Shown here: piece after piece, positions 21,795 through 37,369 of the stretch
How positions within the stretch are numbered: the first letter of the stretch is position 1
Layout: every line of letters begins with the position of its first letter
From: Balanoglossus misakiensis
Lineage: Eukaryota; Animalia; Hemichordata
Assembly (NCBI GenBank): GCA_040954595.2
Contig: CM082582.2
Coordinates: 62,001 to 126,000 of the forward strand
Direction: 5' to 3'
DNA: 64,000 nt
Made by a program: the position numbers and the translations under genes
Notes under the pieces: generated by a model
Told to the model about the DNA's origin: nothing
Database searches by the model: none
The model's input: the letters and a program-made list of their open reading frames with translations, nothing else

Positions 21795-24700
21795 ATGTAA
21801 CACATGTTTGCCCAGTGTAGCAGGTTGGACAGTTGCAGGTGTAGATTGAGCAGGAGCCTTGAAGTGGCTGATACACTCCGTTATTCAGACATGGGTTTAG
21901 AAGACACTGGTTGATCGCTAAGGGTGAGAGAAATGAAAAGTATCACATTAGGGTCTTACACACTTGAGTGGGAAGTGAAATCTGTAGCAGACTGTCAGAA
22001 GATTGCACATCCGTGTGATCATGTTCATGTGTGAAGGATAATGAAGACCACTTGATCCAAGCTTGGTGCTACCATCTTTATCATAATTACAGCATCTTAT
22101 AATATTTACTAGTTGGGGGTGGGGTGGGGTGGGGGTGGGGGTAGTTGATGTCATAACTTTCTGATGTTTCAATTTACGGTTGGAAAAATAGCAACATCTA
22201 CTCTGATGAGCATTTGAGTCAATGAAAGTATACATCATGGCTACGGTAGTGCATATAAGTCTCTTGGTTAGCTGCACAATCACAGGCAACTTTATTGAGA
22301 CAATATCAATGACAAAGCCCAGCGATTTCTACTTTGTGCGGCAAATCTGACACTGGTTTGCTTACGTTCAGCGCACGTGGTTCCGATGAAACAGCGCGAA
22401 CTCTGGCATCTGAACTCGGTGCAGGACACTTGCTGGCAGAATCCACTGTTTAGACAAGGGTTGGGCTGACACGGATTCAAATCTGTGCACAGAAGAGAAA
22501 GTGATATAAATTGTGTACAGTTAATATTTACTACATATACTTTAAACAGATTTGTGCAGTCAGGGTTGAGTGGTAAAAATCTCAGTTGGTCAACAGAACA
22601 TCACTGTGACAAATTTCTTCCATGTTCAACAAAAGAAACGTAATGAAATTTTGACACAGGTGTAATAGTGTCTTAGTGTACCATACGGTGCAGGTTGTTG
22701 TTTGGTCAAATACACAATCCCCTTTTATGGCACACACATTCTTAATAAATTTCCCCAAAATTGTGTCGTTATTCACTGTTTGATACAGGTTGGAAGAAAC
22801 CAACTGCAAGCCGATTATGTGTTATGTTATTATGTTCCTCTTCATCTGAAATTTAAAATCACTCACATGTCTGACATAAATCGCCGGAGTAACAGCTTGT
22901 ACAGGAGCATGTGAATTCAGTACACCAATTGGGCGTCAGCACACAGTTTCCACCATTCTGACACTGGATGGGTTGACACTGGTTGACAGCTGTGGGATGT
23001 GCAGTCAAGATATTGTCAAAATTACAGAATCTACAAACTACACTCCACAGTCATGTACATGTATACATGACAACAACCAAAGGGCTGTTTTGAAAAACCA
23101 AATGCTGTGAAATCCTTTAGAGTGTGACAAGAAACCACAGTTGCAACCGAAAACAAAAATAGTGATAACATTAAGCTAGCCCAAAGTTTGAGTTACCAGG
23201 GCTTTAATATGTGTACCGTACTTATATTATATAATACATAACAAGTGTTTTGCATTGAATAAAATAATATTGGTTTGTACTTACGCATTGTACATGTGGC
23301 ACCAGTGAAGCATTCGGTACACATACAGTCAAACAGGAAACAGCCGTCTCGCGCAACGCATGTGCCACCATTTTGACAAGGCATAGAGTATAACTGATCA
23401 ATGGCTGCCAAAACAAAAATGAAAGTATCAATTACCTGCTTGTCAAAAACTTGTACATGTACTTGTGATGTTCATTTCGTTTAAATATGTGAGCAATGTC
23501 TTCATTCCTTGTTTCAAACCTGTACATTTAAAATAACATAATGATGCTATTGCTAGGATTTTTCTGTAAGAATCTTGAAAAATTAAAAAATGTGCCGTCA
23601 ACATGATACAGAAGGCTTTCCTTTTTAACGTGCACCTCACACTCAATTTTGACCCTACATCAGCAAATTTTGAAAGGATGAAACTTAGTAATGCTTCCAC
23701 CCCATTTATTGGTGTATGGGTCCATCTATCACATTGAGAATACCAAAAATGAGGGTTTATATACCACGCTGTGTCATAAAACAGTAATTCGACACACCTA
23801 CGGCACAGATGGCCCCAGTCCAACACTACTGGCAGTAACAGGTGTAGTCAGTATAAGAATTTGGTGTTTGGGAACAATAGCCTCCATTTTGACACGGATT
23901 CTGATCACATGGGTTAATGACTATCAGAAAAAAAATAGTTTAAAAAACATGAAATGCAGATGGCTACACCTCAACCAAAGATGATTCCTGCACCACAACA
24001 AAATCCTTTGACACAAGCATTATACTGGAACCATACCCAGAACACGCATTAAGTATATGATGAAGGGACAATGTCTCTATTTTGGGTAATACAGTAAAAC
24101 CTGTCTTTATGGACACCTCTCTAATCAGAACACCTAGTAAGATTGATTTTTCAAGCCAAATAGTAAGGATAATTAAGGATGTCTCTTTTACTTAATACTC
24201 AGATGTGTGCACCACCTTAGGAGAGATTACCTCATATGCACAATTATCTCTACAGACACTAGTCTTCAAGAGGCAACTCTTGTATATTTGAGTGATGAAA
24301 ACATCCAGCTTCGTACACTTCCTCACAAGTTCGTGCCTATCCTAAATTGCACGGACATACAAATGAAATTTCTGTTTTCTTTTCTCTTGTGGAAATTTTA
24401 GAAATGAGAAGTTACCACACAATTCAATTGCCATGAAGAGAAAGTGCCCAAAAGATTGTCATTTACGGTACGTCAGAAACTTACATATTTCACAACGGTT
24501 ACCCTCATAGCAACCAGTACAGGCACAGGTATATGCCGTGCAGGAGTTGGCCACTGCATTACATACAGCCCCGTTGAGACAGCTGTTTCGCTGGCATGGA
24601 TCTTGGACTGCAATAAAAAGTGCAACCTAATGTTATCTCAGCAATATTTACTTTCAAAATCTGTTTGATAAAAACATCATCATTACCATTACTGTAAATA

Positions 24701-27700
24701 CTGAACGGAACTTCACTTCCAAAAACAACTTGCTCATTCTGGGACGCACTTGTGGGGCTATGAAAATCTCTGTATATGTATCTTGTGTAGGGAAAATTTT
24801 CATGAACGATCAACATTTTTTTCTTCAAATAAACATGTTTTCTTTCAGTTGTACATCATTTTTGAGGTGAACGATTCCCAAGGCCCAAGGTGTGATGCTG
24901 AAGATGAAAATATAAATTTTGACCAACAGACAATGTATTGAGACATGATTGTAAATGTTAGTTCCTGCATGACAAAATGTTTGTTTTAATGAGTTTTACA
25001 CTGGCTGCAGTGTGTGCCGGTGAAAATCCTGGACAAGTACACTCATAAGTTGTACACGACAGCCGAGTACACTGCCCATTTTTCAGGCATGGACTTGGCC
25101 TACATGGAGTTTGTTCTGTTTCAATGGAATGAAAATAAATAAATAGTAGTGACATAAGTTTTTAGGGTATGACCATTTCCTTAATTCCTACAGCTGTGGT
25201 TCTATCGGGTTCTCCTATAACTAAGCCTCCTTAATGTATAACTGAACAATAAGAATTACTTATTATACTTTTGGGAGTTTAGGACTTAGTAATTGCAAAA
25301 AAAGACTCAATTCCTGAAAGTGCCTATTTGGTTTGTCACATCCTAAATATACAGGTAATTTCATAGCTGCCAGCTATGACAAATATACCGGTATGAGGGG
25401 GGAAAAACAGTTCCTCGTCTGATAAATTTACCTTGGTCACAGGTGATTCCAATGATAAGGCCTTGACAGCGACAGGTAAACGCACTGCACGATCCACTGA
25501 TTGGCTCACAGATACCGTTGTTCATGTACGGATTGGGAGAACATTGATCGAGTCCTGGGGGTTGCATGTAAATCAACCAACAATTGCATATTAACATCAC
25601 AAGTCATTTCACTATTTTTTCATTCCAAACTTAAAAGATTGCTTGTAACTTGCTGAACAAATATTCATATGGACAGACTATTCTAGCTTGGAACAGGCAA
25701 AATCAAGGGTGCCCTGACGCCCAACTTTTAAGAGCAGTTCATTTACTGAAACTGCCAGCACCCAATATTATCCCACATGTAATCAATATGTGGAAATCAA
25801 ATACATCTGTAACAGTTTTAATTTACCATGTGGGTATTTGCATGGAGGGCCATAGTATTTGTTACCTACTGATAAAATACCCTTCAAAACAATATCCTCA
25901 TTTCTTCAGAAGTTTGGCAACAAGACCAATAAAGTTTCACATCAAAATTTACAATGTATAAATAAGCTTAAAAGATTTACGGAATGAAGATGGCTTGTTT
26001 GTTTGCAGGGTGTCTTGAAAGTATATACTCACTTGTTTGATCATGGACCCTAGAGAAAGAAGGACGCGCAACTCCAGTTTTTTCTTGAAATGATGTTCTT
26101 TTGCATACATTATTTCCAGATAAATCCCAATAATCCAATTTGCAAATAAACTGTGTATAAACTAACGCAAAGTCTCGTGTTTTGTGTGAAGTTATCACAA
26201 CACCTCAGAACATCTCGCAGAAGACGAGAAAACTGCAACGTGGTTGAACGCAGCGATTATTTATGGAACACATCTGGACAAGTTAAACAGGAATTTGAAT
26301 CTGAGTCTGACAGCGTCCAAAACAAGCATCTTTTGTCTAACAGTCCGGGTATTTCACAAGGCTGTGAGCTAACCGTACCGAGGGTTGCCTGGCGGCCATA
26401 GCGCACACATGATAATCCACCCAGTTTGTTTACCAATTGTTTTCGTGAAATCTGTTTTATTGTTCACGCACTGCGAAATAAAATGCCCCTAAACCACAAT
26501 TTTTATTTCAATGCTTCACGCAAACATAAAATTATTACGAAAAGTGTCAGCGTTACTAAGAAATATGAGTGCCCAGTCGGACATGCAAAAAACATGGATG
26601 ATTTGTTTACAATTTTTAAATGAAGCTTGTGGCACTAGAAATGACCGTTCAACCGACAGACGAACACCAAACCATAATAATTAGCACAGACATCGTAATA
26701 CTTTTAGAATTTTAGAAAAAAACGCAGTGGCTGCTGAAATGCAGTAGTGCCAGTTTGGTGGCAAGTTTTCGCATCACTGGTGGGGACGACACGTGCCGAA
26801 GTAAGGAAGTCATTGTCCGACTGTCCTGGGTGTTAATTATATACAAAAAAAAACATCATCATACAGATAATCCCCAAACCCTTTGATCTTTGCCGCAGTT
26901 GCTCGCCCTTCTTTCTCTAGGGTCTATGGTTTGACAGATGTCACCTGTGTAAGAGTTCACACACTGGCATGAATAGAAATTGCACGATGTTTGCTGGCAA
27001 AATCCACCATTCATACATGGGTTGGGATCACAGGGGTTTTGCACTGGAAATTAAGAAAGGACGCCATTTTATTCCTTGCTACTCATTCTACAGTACAGAT
27101 ATGGCAAAAACCTTGCAGAATTATGGCAAGGGTGTGTGGAGTGATTGTGCCTACAACTTATATTAGGCTGGTATCAAGTTGTTCACACCTCCATAGATCA
27201 CATGGCAGTGACTGTGAGGCAAGGGCTTCCCTTCATGAAATCAAAGACCTGTGTACTGGAGGAGGGTTCCTTGCAAATGCTTGACTTGACTTCAAGCACA
27301 CCTGTAGACTCATATGTAAATTTACACTATCTGGCCTGGAGTGAGAATTTCCATAGTGGATGTGTGTTGACAAAAGGCAGTAAAATTGGCCAGTCGCGCA
27401 TAATGTTTCTTGAACCAAGACAATCAAGACATTATGCGCCACGAAAGTGATTTTGATTGGAAAGAGTGTAATCTTACATTCGATGTCAAGAACTCTCCAA
27501 GCTCTGCTGTGGTGATGGCTACACCTATGCTCAGGAAACATGCAGTATTTGAATGAGACTGCGCTGTATACTTACATACCTCACACCTATCACCTTTGTA
27601 GCAACCAGTACATATGCAGGTGAGATCAAAGCAGGAATTTCGAGCCGGTTGACAGAAGCCACCATTCTGGCACGGATTTGGTTGACACTGGTTGAGTCCT

Positions 27701-28072
27701 GCAAGGAAAAGGGTCAAATTTTCCATGATCATCAGGGGTGAGTTTCCTACAAAAATTGTGATGTGACAAACCGACAAATTAGCATATTAGCATAATCAGA
27801 ATAAATAAAAAAAATGCACAGGTAGTTTAAAAGAACAAAAACTTTCGAAACGGAATAGAGCTAAGCTGCTATCCCTTTCTATTTTTGTGTTTGTACAACA
27901 TCAGTGAAGTTTAAATCATAATAAAAAAATGATAATTATCATTATTAACTGCTACAGATTCAAACTTACTTGTCTCACAACTGGTTCCCTAGTAACACTC
28001 TGTGCACATGCAAATTGTGGCAGTACAAGAATTTACCTGTTGTTGGCAGGTACCTCCATTGAGACAAGGACT
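21795..28072 (-). pseudogene. 8-Cys EGF exon array (exons a-k), copy 2
   Basis: Same exons and splice sites as copy 1; exon c 5' part intact (ends 27043). Confidence 0.87.
26045..26925. mobile_element. AT-TSD TIR MITE, copy 2
   Basis: Same TIRs as 9236-10115. Confidence 0.75.
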
Positions 28073-28122
28073 TCATAAGTTGTCTGAAAACACCAGTTTG
28101 CCCAATTTTCAATAATGTATAG

Positions 28123-28788
28123 GAATACATGAGAAGTCGGCCAGATTAGAAGTCGGCCAGTTCGCGCGCATGAGAAGTCGGCCAGTATGAGAAGTCGGCC
28201 AGTTGTTGAACTTGTACCCGAATAGTGCAGTAATGACCTAGATTACTTATAACAACACTTAATAAAATATAATTGCACTAAATATTTTCATTTGGACGGA
28301 TTTCCCAAATTCTTGACAACACAATGGCGTCATTTCAAATAATGGCGTCTGGCATCCGTACCAGTTCCCCAGCCCCGTATCCGCGTAAGGAGCTTAGGTT
28401 GTTCGCCAAATTCCTGTGACATTTCTGATTAAAGGGAGTTGTTTCAAAGCCTACTAAAATACATAGAAGATGTATGTGTATATTCATACTTTCTGAGACA
28501 ACACCAAACAAACAAACAAACAAACGTGACAAGGAACAGACTACTGGCGCAGCTCAAGAAGTGCAGGTGACTGATGTTGACGTACCCCGGTGACGTACAT
28601 GAAAAGTGAACAGACAGTTTTAAAATTCATCGGCTATTTGTGCAAATATCTCAGCTCCTGTACATCAAGGAAACATTTCGTAGTGAAACAGTTATATATA
28701 ACACAAAGTACCAGGGTTCTCTCCCACAGGCCGACTTCTCGTACTGGCCGAGACCGACTTCTCATACTGGTTGACTTCTCAGGACACC
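28123..28788. mobile_element. Mutator-like foldback MITE, copy 2
   Basis: Same termini and ATGTATAG TSD. Confidence 0.7.
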
Positions 28789-28899
28789 ATGTATAGCTAG
28801 CTGTTGAACTCAAAAAATATGTAAAACTACAAGTGATGTAAACAACTTGTGGAACCATGTTCAAATCGAAACAAGAAGAAAAGGGGTTTCAAGACTTAC

Positions 28900-31541
28900 C
28901 TCCTTCAGCACTTTACTGCCCTGTAGCGCACTGTGTGACACTTGTAGTTGTGCATTCATAACCAGAAGGACGTGGCCGAACCTAGCGAGTATGAACCTAT
29001 CACAGAAAAAATTCAAAGAACGATTTTTACCACCATGGTTTGGTCCAACGATCCCTTATTAGAGAGATGTCCGTAATCACAGGTTTTACTGTACAATACC
29101 TCTTCAGTGGAATCATTGTGTTTTTCAAAGTGCATCACAATATCAACTCCAATAAGCATAACAGTTTAATTTTCTGTGTATGCCATGCTATAACACAGGG
29201 AAGTCACAAGAGTGATTTGCAGCCCAACTTACCAGTAACTGTTGAACAATCCACTACGGGTGACATGGTTGGACACTTGGATCCCGCTGGACAAGGCGTG
29301 CATGTGCCGTCGCCTTCCATAGCATATTCACCATTGCCACAGTCGAGCGGATCCTACATTGGATCTGAACACGATTGTCCAGCAGGGCACAGAAGACAGG
29401 ATGTGCGTGCAGGCTCCTCACTTATTTCATCTGATTAAAGAAAATGAGGTTTTTAGTGATGTATTTGTGATACAGTGTCATTTAAAATAACAAATTACTT
29501 GAGATGATTCACTTCATAATTCTGAGACAAGTATACAGGCATGTAGAAAATTCTTTGGAGGACATTAAACGTCATTTCTAATCAACCATGTTCTGAATAT
29601 CATAAGACTCTGCGAGATCTCACATGGCTAATCGGGTCTCGCAAGATCTCGCACTGAGTTGATAATCTGTTGTAAACACATACATACATACACACACACA
29701 CATACCCCCAGTCGCACTGACTTGAAAATCTGTTGTAAACACATACATGCATACACACATACCCCTCAGTTTCATCACACAGCAAACTGAACAAGTACCA
29801 CAATCTTACCATTTGTACATCTGGTACAGTTTGTTGCACCAGCCAATGACACGTAACCCTTGGTACACTTGAATTGCGATGCACTGGGATCTATGCAGGC
29901 GTACCCTTGCTCACAAATAGTACAATGTTCAGCACCAGCTGATCTGTAAATCAAACAGAGAATTTACACACCAAGTTAACCTTTGAATACCACTGTAAAA
30001 ATTTGGTGCAAATTTTAATTATTTTCATAAATAGAGGTCTATTCAAATTTGGAAAAATTGTCATTTTTTCATTCATATATTATATCAGTAAATTTTAAAT
30101 ACAGAAATAGAAAATGATCCCATCCTATTTTTCAGTTAGTAAATTACCTGACCTAATGTTTGATGTTGGAAATAAAGGTGGGTGGGTAGAAGTTTACCTG
30201 TTATGCAAGAGGTACAGCGAGACATCCTTTGTCCAAGGCCGAACTGTAATAACCAGCCGAGCATAAAATCACAGTGTTACCATTTGGACATTGGTTACCA
30301 GCTGGGCAATCAGCACATGATGTTTGTGCTGAAAATAAACAGAGATTTATAGAATCTGATAGTCACAGTCATACCTTCAAAGACGTGGGATTCTCACGCG
30401 GGTTGGGGAGACAAAAATCCCTGGCAAAAGATTGAGGACAGGAAAATGCCAATCCAGAGATATTGGTAACAGAAACTGTGTACAGTCAATGCCATACGGC
30501 AGTGTGCTGTTCTAACAACAGACAAGATCGTGACGATCATAGTCTGTGTCGGAGATTTGGAAAAGAGCAAATTTGGTGAAAAGACGGGACAAAACAAAAG
30601 TCTACTTATACGATGCACATGAAAACTGGATGAAAGCGAAGCAGTCCACTATTTGAATGCATTGGATGTAAAATTGGCAGAATATTTGGACTGGACGTAA
30701 TGTTTGTACGCACAGAATTACGTACATGCACATAAGATGATCGTCCGCCTTAAAGGCACGTAAGCTGCAACTGGATAAAAAAATTAAAGTTTTAAATAAT
30801 CTCATATATGCTTTTAATTATGTCTATTAAATGATATTTCATGATAATATATCAAGCTCAACACTTATTTATGACACAATGGCCAAAAATTAAAGAAAAA
30901 ACGAAAATTCCTGCAATTTAAAAAAAAGTGCAATATTGCAATGAAAAATGGAAATCTGATGTCTCAGTGGTGTACATTTACTTCCATGAGCTCAAGTGGA
31001 TGAGATCATGTTTTGTTTATGAAGTTTCAAAACCGGAAATGCAACATTTTCATTGTTTCTTGCATTTTCCCAGGGTGGCGGCCATAATCGCTTGCGGCAA
31101 AGCTTTATTATTTATCTGGTTAAAACTTGCATATGCACTCATATTTAGGGTTTATAATGCTTGTGTATAGTTCACTGCCTTCATCTGCATGGACTAATGG
31201 TAGTGCAGTTTTAAACAAATATTATGAAAATTATCCCAAAAGTTACAGCTTACGTGCCTTTAAGTGAAAGATTACACAGTAATGCCCAAACTTTAAGTGC
31301 TGACTCACCATCTATATTAGTGTAGTATCCATCTTCACACACCTCTGGCTCCGACATACCATCATATTGGCACTTATACCCGGGGCAGGACAAGGCGTAC
31401 AGTCTATACTTCCATTGTTGGCAAAATATCCCAGTCCGCATTGTGTTGGTGATGAGAGGCTGGCTGTTCCACACATGAAACCCCTGGACACAGCGTGCAT
31501 GCTTCAGAACATGCTGAACTTTAACTTCCAGCTGCGCAGTC
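28900..31541 (-). pseudogene. Cys-rich (GCC2/GCC3-like) exon cluster, copy 2
   Basis: Colinear with 11940-14581. Confidence 0.83.
30754..31259. mobile_element. Kolobok-like MITE A, copy 2
   Basis: TTAA|AGGCACGTAAGC...GCTTACGTGCCT|TTAA. Confidence 0.85.
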
Positions 31542-31607
31542 CTGTAGGAGTGAAGACGTCAAATATTAAGGAGGTTTAGGAGCCCTCTAGCCAGCAAACT
31601 TCATCAA

Positions 31608-32024
31608 GGATGTACGTGCAGAACATAAACCGGAAACACTGCGTGTCCGGTCTTTTTCCCATAGGATTACATTGATAATCGCCAGAAAACAAACTTCTAC
31701 TATTGTCATTTTCTCGAAATTTTACACATAGCTCAGTCCAGCAAATATAAATTCATTGGTCAAATAAAATATAGGGGTCACCGCGCTCTTTTTTGAGATA
31801 AATTGCATTAAGAATTTTGGCCATAGACAAACAAACCATTGGTGAAAAATGCTGAGTCAGCAGATTTCTTCTATTATCGACCAATTTCATGGCTCTGTAT
31901 TTCAAAAACAAGCGCGGTGACCCCTATATTTTATTACGGATTTTCATTATACATACAAAAGAGAATAAAAAAATCCACAATTAAAAAAAATGACAATACT
32001 TTCCATTTTATTGAACGTACATCC
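31608..32024. mobile_element. Kolobok-like MITE B, copy 2
   Basis: GGATGTACGT...ACGTACATCC|TTAA. Confidence 0.78.
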
Positions 32025-32246
32025 TTAATGTTACTTAGGTAGTGGAGCACCAAAACCCAAATTTTCATATCGATTGTGTATTTTGTGATAAAAGCACCAA
32101 ACTTGGCTCAGATGTGTGTTAATGTGTACTGAACAAATTCAGATAGCGAGTCACTAAATATCTGTTGAAGAGTTTCCATGGCAACCAATTTTTTTTCAAA
32201 ATGGCCGCAAATACAGATAATCACACCTGTTAAACATCAAAATAAT

Positions 32247-33110
32247 TCACTACAAGAACCACTGCAGTCAGCGTACCGAAAGGATCACAGTACCGAAACA
32301 GCACTTACTAAAGTCAACAACGATATTTGTATGGCACTGGATGCCGGTAAATGTGTACTCATGGTTCTCCTCGATCTCTCCTCTGTGTTTGATACCATAG
32401 ATCACGACACAATCATCTCAAGGTTATCAAAACTGGGCATCACCAACATCGCACTACAATGGTTCTCATCATATCTTAAGAACAGACAGCAGTTTGTATG
32501 GCACAATGTCAGAACCTCAATATCTACAATATGGAGTACCACACGGTTCAGTGCTTGGCCCACTTTTGTTCTGCAGCTACATCCAACCACTTGCTCAACT
32601 TATTTGTCACCACAACATCAATTTTCACCAATATGCCGATGACAACCAACTATACCAATATTTCTTCCAGTTAGACACCATAAGTACATTAGACAAGATG
32701 GAAAGGGCAGTTCACGAAATAAAAACCTGGATGACACATAATAAACTTCAACTAAATGGTGGCAAACCCGAGGTACTCCTGATAAGGTCTCAGTTCAACC
32801 GCTCGCCTCGTCCCATAAACCACATGAGCATTGGATCATGTTGTGTTCAAATTGTGAATTCTGCACGGAATATAGGTGTGACATTCGACGACAATTACAC
32901 TTTCAATAAGCACATTAATGCAATTTGCAAGTCAATTTTCTTCCATCTGCGTCAAATCAGCCACATTCGCCGTTACCTCACTAAGGAAGTTTGCCAGATG
33001 CTGGTTCATGCTCTAATCACATCAAAACTGGACTACTGCAATGCAATACTCTGTGGTTTACCATCATCATGCATTCAACCGCTACAGCATGCCCTGAATT
33101 CTGCAGCCAC
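32247..33110 (+). mobile_element. L2 RT remnant lacking the APE domain (copy 2/3 junction)
   Basis: Starts at SLQEPLQSAYR after the 1,410-bp deletion; YADD present. Confidence 0.9.
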
Positions 33111-33626
33111 CATGGCCTCCTTCACAAAAACCTCACCAGACCCCATAATGCCTCCATCTCTTACACCACACCTTATACCCACCACAAATCCTAGCCATCA
33201 CCCAACCTATCATAGCCCAAACAATCCAAACCCAATCAAAATTGACCCTAGCCCCACTTATCAAGCCATCAATGCTCAACGGCAACCCAAATAACACTTA
33301 ACTTAAAGATTGGCATAAATCCAAACTCATACCACTGCGACCCCAAATATACAACACAAAGACTCAATCACGAACCAATACCTACCATTTGTAGCAAATA
33401 CACGACCAAAGATTTGATCCCATCTATCATCCATATATCATCAGAAAGTTGGGACGATGAGCAATGGGGCAGAGACTGATCATCAAAAATTTGAGACAGG
33501 GAATTCCAACAAATGAGATCATTAAGTTAAATATGCAAAGCAAATCAGAAAAGAGAATCAGAAGATTTTCTCCGAAGGACACCTTGCAAATTCATGATTG
33601 GAAAGACACTGCAGTCACATGTATAT

Positions 33627-34808
33627 TGTAGTGTCCAAACACTAGTGAGCATCTATACTTTATACATTCTGTAAAATGACGTAATGCAACATTCGGGTCA
33701 TTATGAATAAAGTGCGTGAACGAGGCTAGGCACTCTCACTCTTACATGCCGGACTTGGTGTCTCGTGTTGTCATTATTGCCCACCAACGATTCTATATTT
33801 GGCGACGAGGACGGAGAACATGGAGAATCAGCTAGCCGTCAATGCCGAGTTTTCCTGTTCATTCAGACCCGACAACCACCAGTACGAGATGGAAAAAGTA
33901 CATGGCTAGAGTAGAAAACGCATTTGTCGCATTCAACATTACAGATGACAAGCGACAACGTGCACTGCTATTGCACTGGGCAGGTGAGGAAGTTTCCGAC
34001 TTCTTTGATACTCTACCAGATACAGGAACTAGCTGTGAAACAGCCAAATTAAAGCTTTCGTCATACTTCTCACCCAAACGGAACATTGAATACGAACGAT
34101 TTATCTTCAGAGACACCATACAAAACAACGGCGAATCGATTGATGCCTATCACACTTGTTTGCAACGCCTAGCAGAAACATATGTGACTTCACCAATAAG
34201 GATCAAGAGGTCAAATCACAAATCATACGAGGATTCACATCAGCCCGTCTCAGACGTCGTGCTCTTCGGGAGGAGACGACACTAGAGAATCTACTGAGTA
34301 CAGGCTGTTCATTTGAGGTATCAGAGGTTCAGGCTAGTGGGATTGAGGAGAAAACCCAAAATTATGGTGCAGATACGGCATCTGTGAATGCGGTCAGAAA
34401 ACAGCGCCACCAACGCCCGAAACCAAATAAACAAAAGAGAGCTCATCAGCAGCCAGCGAAAGGACCGTCCACTTGTTATTATTGTGGTGGCACCTATCCA
34501 CATGACTCAGTATGTCCAGCTAAAGGCAAGTCATGCAGGAAGTGTGGCAAACCTAACTATTTTGCCAAATGCTACCGATCAAAAGGCAAGGCAAATAGGG
34601 TAGACAAGGATGAAACTGTCAAAGCTGTGCATAAAGTGGAAGACAGCTCGGGAGATGAATACTGCTTCACTGTACAACAATCAAATGGCAGGAGGCCTCA
34701 AGTAACAGTGCAGACAGAACAAACAGCAGTTGCCTCACTGATCGACCCTGGTTCTACAATAAACATGATGAGTGTAAACACATACAACAACCTAAAGAAC
34801 AAACCCAT
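33627..34808 (+). mobile_element. Gypsy LTR/gag/protease fragment, copy 3
   Basis: Colinear with 1244-2425; several private substitutions. Confidence 0.88.
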
Positions 34809-36337
34809 GTGGCAAACAGAAAGCCCGTTTTACCACTGTCAGCAGTGCATTATTGAGTATTTTAGCATCGCTGGATTTAGCTCTCGTCCAATCAGAATTG
34901 CGGACGGTAGCATGATATAATATAATTGAGAATAAATCTCGCGACAAGTGTACAGTTTGACAATGTACACAGATAATCCGTTTCAACAATGTTTCCTTTG
35001 TAGTGTGAATAAAACTGCACACTTTGCAAGTTTTCAACTTCAAAACACTATGGCTATTACATAGACAAAGCTGCTAATATACAGTGTATACCTGTCATTT
35101 TTGTTTGTGGTGAGATTTTCATTGGCACAGTCGCACAGAGCTCACACAAGAGGAAATTACACTTTCTGTTGAATTCACTGCATCCTGCTAACTTTAAGTC
35201 ATATATCCAGTGAAACATTAAGTTATAGAATTTTCCATCGCAGTATTCTGTTTTATATACATGTATAGCAGTCCCACACATATTGATTAATTTGACAAAA
35301 GAAACTGACTGACAATTTTCACAGCGCTCCCAGTATAGCATCCTTGGCAGGTGCACGTCAATGTCCCACACGAGGTTAGGGTTGGCAAGTGCTGCCATTT
35401 TGACATGGGTTGTTAGCACTGATCAATTCCTACGCATGACAGAAAAATGAAGAATTAGGCTATGGGCCGGACCTGCCTATCGTTTCAAAACGCACTCTGT
35501 ATATTAGGGTCTATTTCTTTTACATAAAAACAAGTCTTCTTGCTCTAATATGATAAAAGAAAAAAACTTCAACTTAAATATTGCGTCCTCAGAGGTAATA
35601 TCGAGCCCTAAAAATCAGGTATGCTAATGCGGTTAAAGGTCGTGCAGTTCTCCTTATAACAAGCGATCTTATTGGTGGTTACGTGACTGCACCAATCACA
35701 GAATGCGTTATGTCACTCAGCAATTACACACGCAGGGCCAACTATCAGGCAGCTACATGTATACTAGTATACATGTTACAGAAGATTAAACAGAATTGTT
35801 GGTAAGGAAAGTTTGAGCAGACTAGTCCATTCAATGTAAAAAATGGTGCTGATTCCAAAAAAGTCAGTCTTATTGACCCCTTTCAAGACAAAATTGCCAT
35901 TTTTGCCACTTTTAACCCAAAAGGTCATTTAAAAAACACTCAAAACACACTGTTTTCATCACATTCGGAGATCTGATGACATTTGAGGATTATGCGGAAA
36001 CAGTGACACACCAGAATAAAAATTACAGGTGACATTTGCAAGCAGATATGATCTGACCATATAGAAATATGGAATGTAAAAACATTAACAAGGAACATGC
36101 CCAATAAACTGTCATGTGTCATGGCAGTCTTACAAGTGGTGCTAGAAAAAAAAATGACCAAAAATTGTCGGTACAAACACATATGCGAAGCAACTTCTTT
36201 CAGTCAGCCCTGGAACAGACACACACTGACCTGCCACTGGTAATTAAAATTTGATAGCTGGTGGTCTCTGTAACAGCTGGCCTATTTAAGTTATGTAAAC
36301 ATGTCTTTGTTCGAGGTAACAACTCCTTGTAAATAGT

Positions 36338-37357
36338 AACTTTAAAAACAACTGGACAATTTGTTTAGGAAAAGATTTGCTAACCAAAAACTAAGAAACT
36401 TACCAAAAAAACTCGCTAAATATTTAATCTTTCTGATCTCAGAATTGAATAAAAGTTGCACATATACAGGTATGTGTTATGAAATTATATCCTAAATTTC
36501 AAAGCAATCAGAGAAAAAACTAATTTCAAAGCAATCCAACAAGCAGTTTCACAGAAAATATTTGTTCAAAAGTGGCAAAAACACAAATATGCAAATATCA
36601 CCAAAATTGTACAATATCTTACTTCAATCTCTACAAGGAACATGCTGCCTAAGTTCAATGCAATAGGACAAGCGGTTTCAGAGAAAACAATTTTTGACAA
36701 AAATTGCAAAAGTTTCCCCGATAACACATTTATGCAAATATCTTTTTTTTTTACAACATATTATTTAGGTTACCCCTACGAACATGCCTACCAAATTGGA
36801 AAGCAATCTGGCATGAGGTTTTAAAGAAAAACATTTTTTGACCAAAAATGGCAAATATTGCTCAAAATTATAGATATGCAAATTTTGCAACAATTTGAAC
36901 AAAACTATGGTTACTTAGACAACATTAGGAGGCTTCATACTAAATTTCAAAGACTTTTTACCAATAACATGGAAAAATACAAAAAAATGCAAAAAAAATA
37001 GGAAATCGATAATATTAGCTCAAAACATACAGGATTGTATGAGGTTGATATAAGGTACATGCATACCAATTTTCAAATCAATATGACCAGTGGTTGTCCA
37101 GTTTTTGAGTTTTGACCAATTTCACATTTTCCCAGCTAATTTGCATATTTTTGGCAATGACATCTTCATTTGAACAAACTCCCATCTACAGCCCTGCCTG
37201 CATCTACACGCCAAATATCGAGGTCATACGCGCTGCGGTTTTCAAGTTTTCGATGTGGACGGACATACAGACATACATCCATCCATCCATCCATACATAC
37301 ATACAGACGTAACCAATCCCATAAGGTCCCATGGTACATACCAATGGGACCTAAAAA
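36338..37357 (-). mobile_element. HINE-like element, copy 3
   Basis: Colinear with 3955-4973. Confidence 0.58.
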
Positions 37358-37369
37358 CTTGTGACTTAC

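Larger units (their letters stand above)
16810..32360. repeat. Tandem macro-repeat unit copy 2 (15,551 bp; shortened by a ~1,410-bp deletion of the LINE 5' part at ~32245)
   Basis: Colinear with copy 1; junction CAAAATAA|TTCACTACAAG joins positions equivalent to ~15284 and ~16695. Confidence 0.96.
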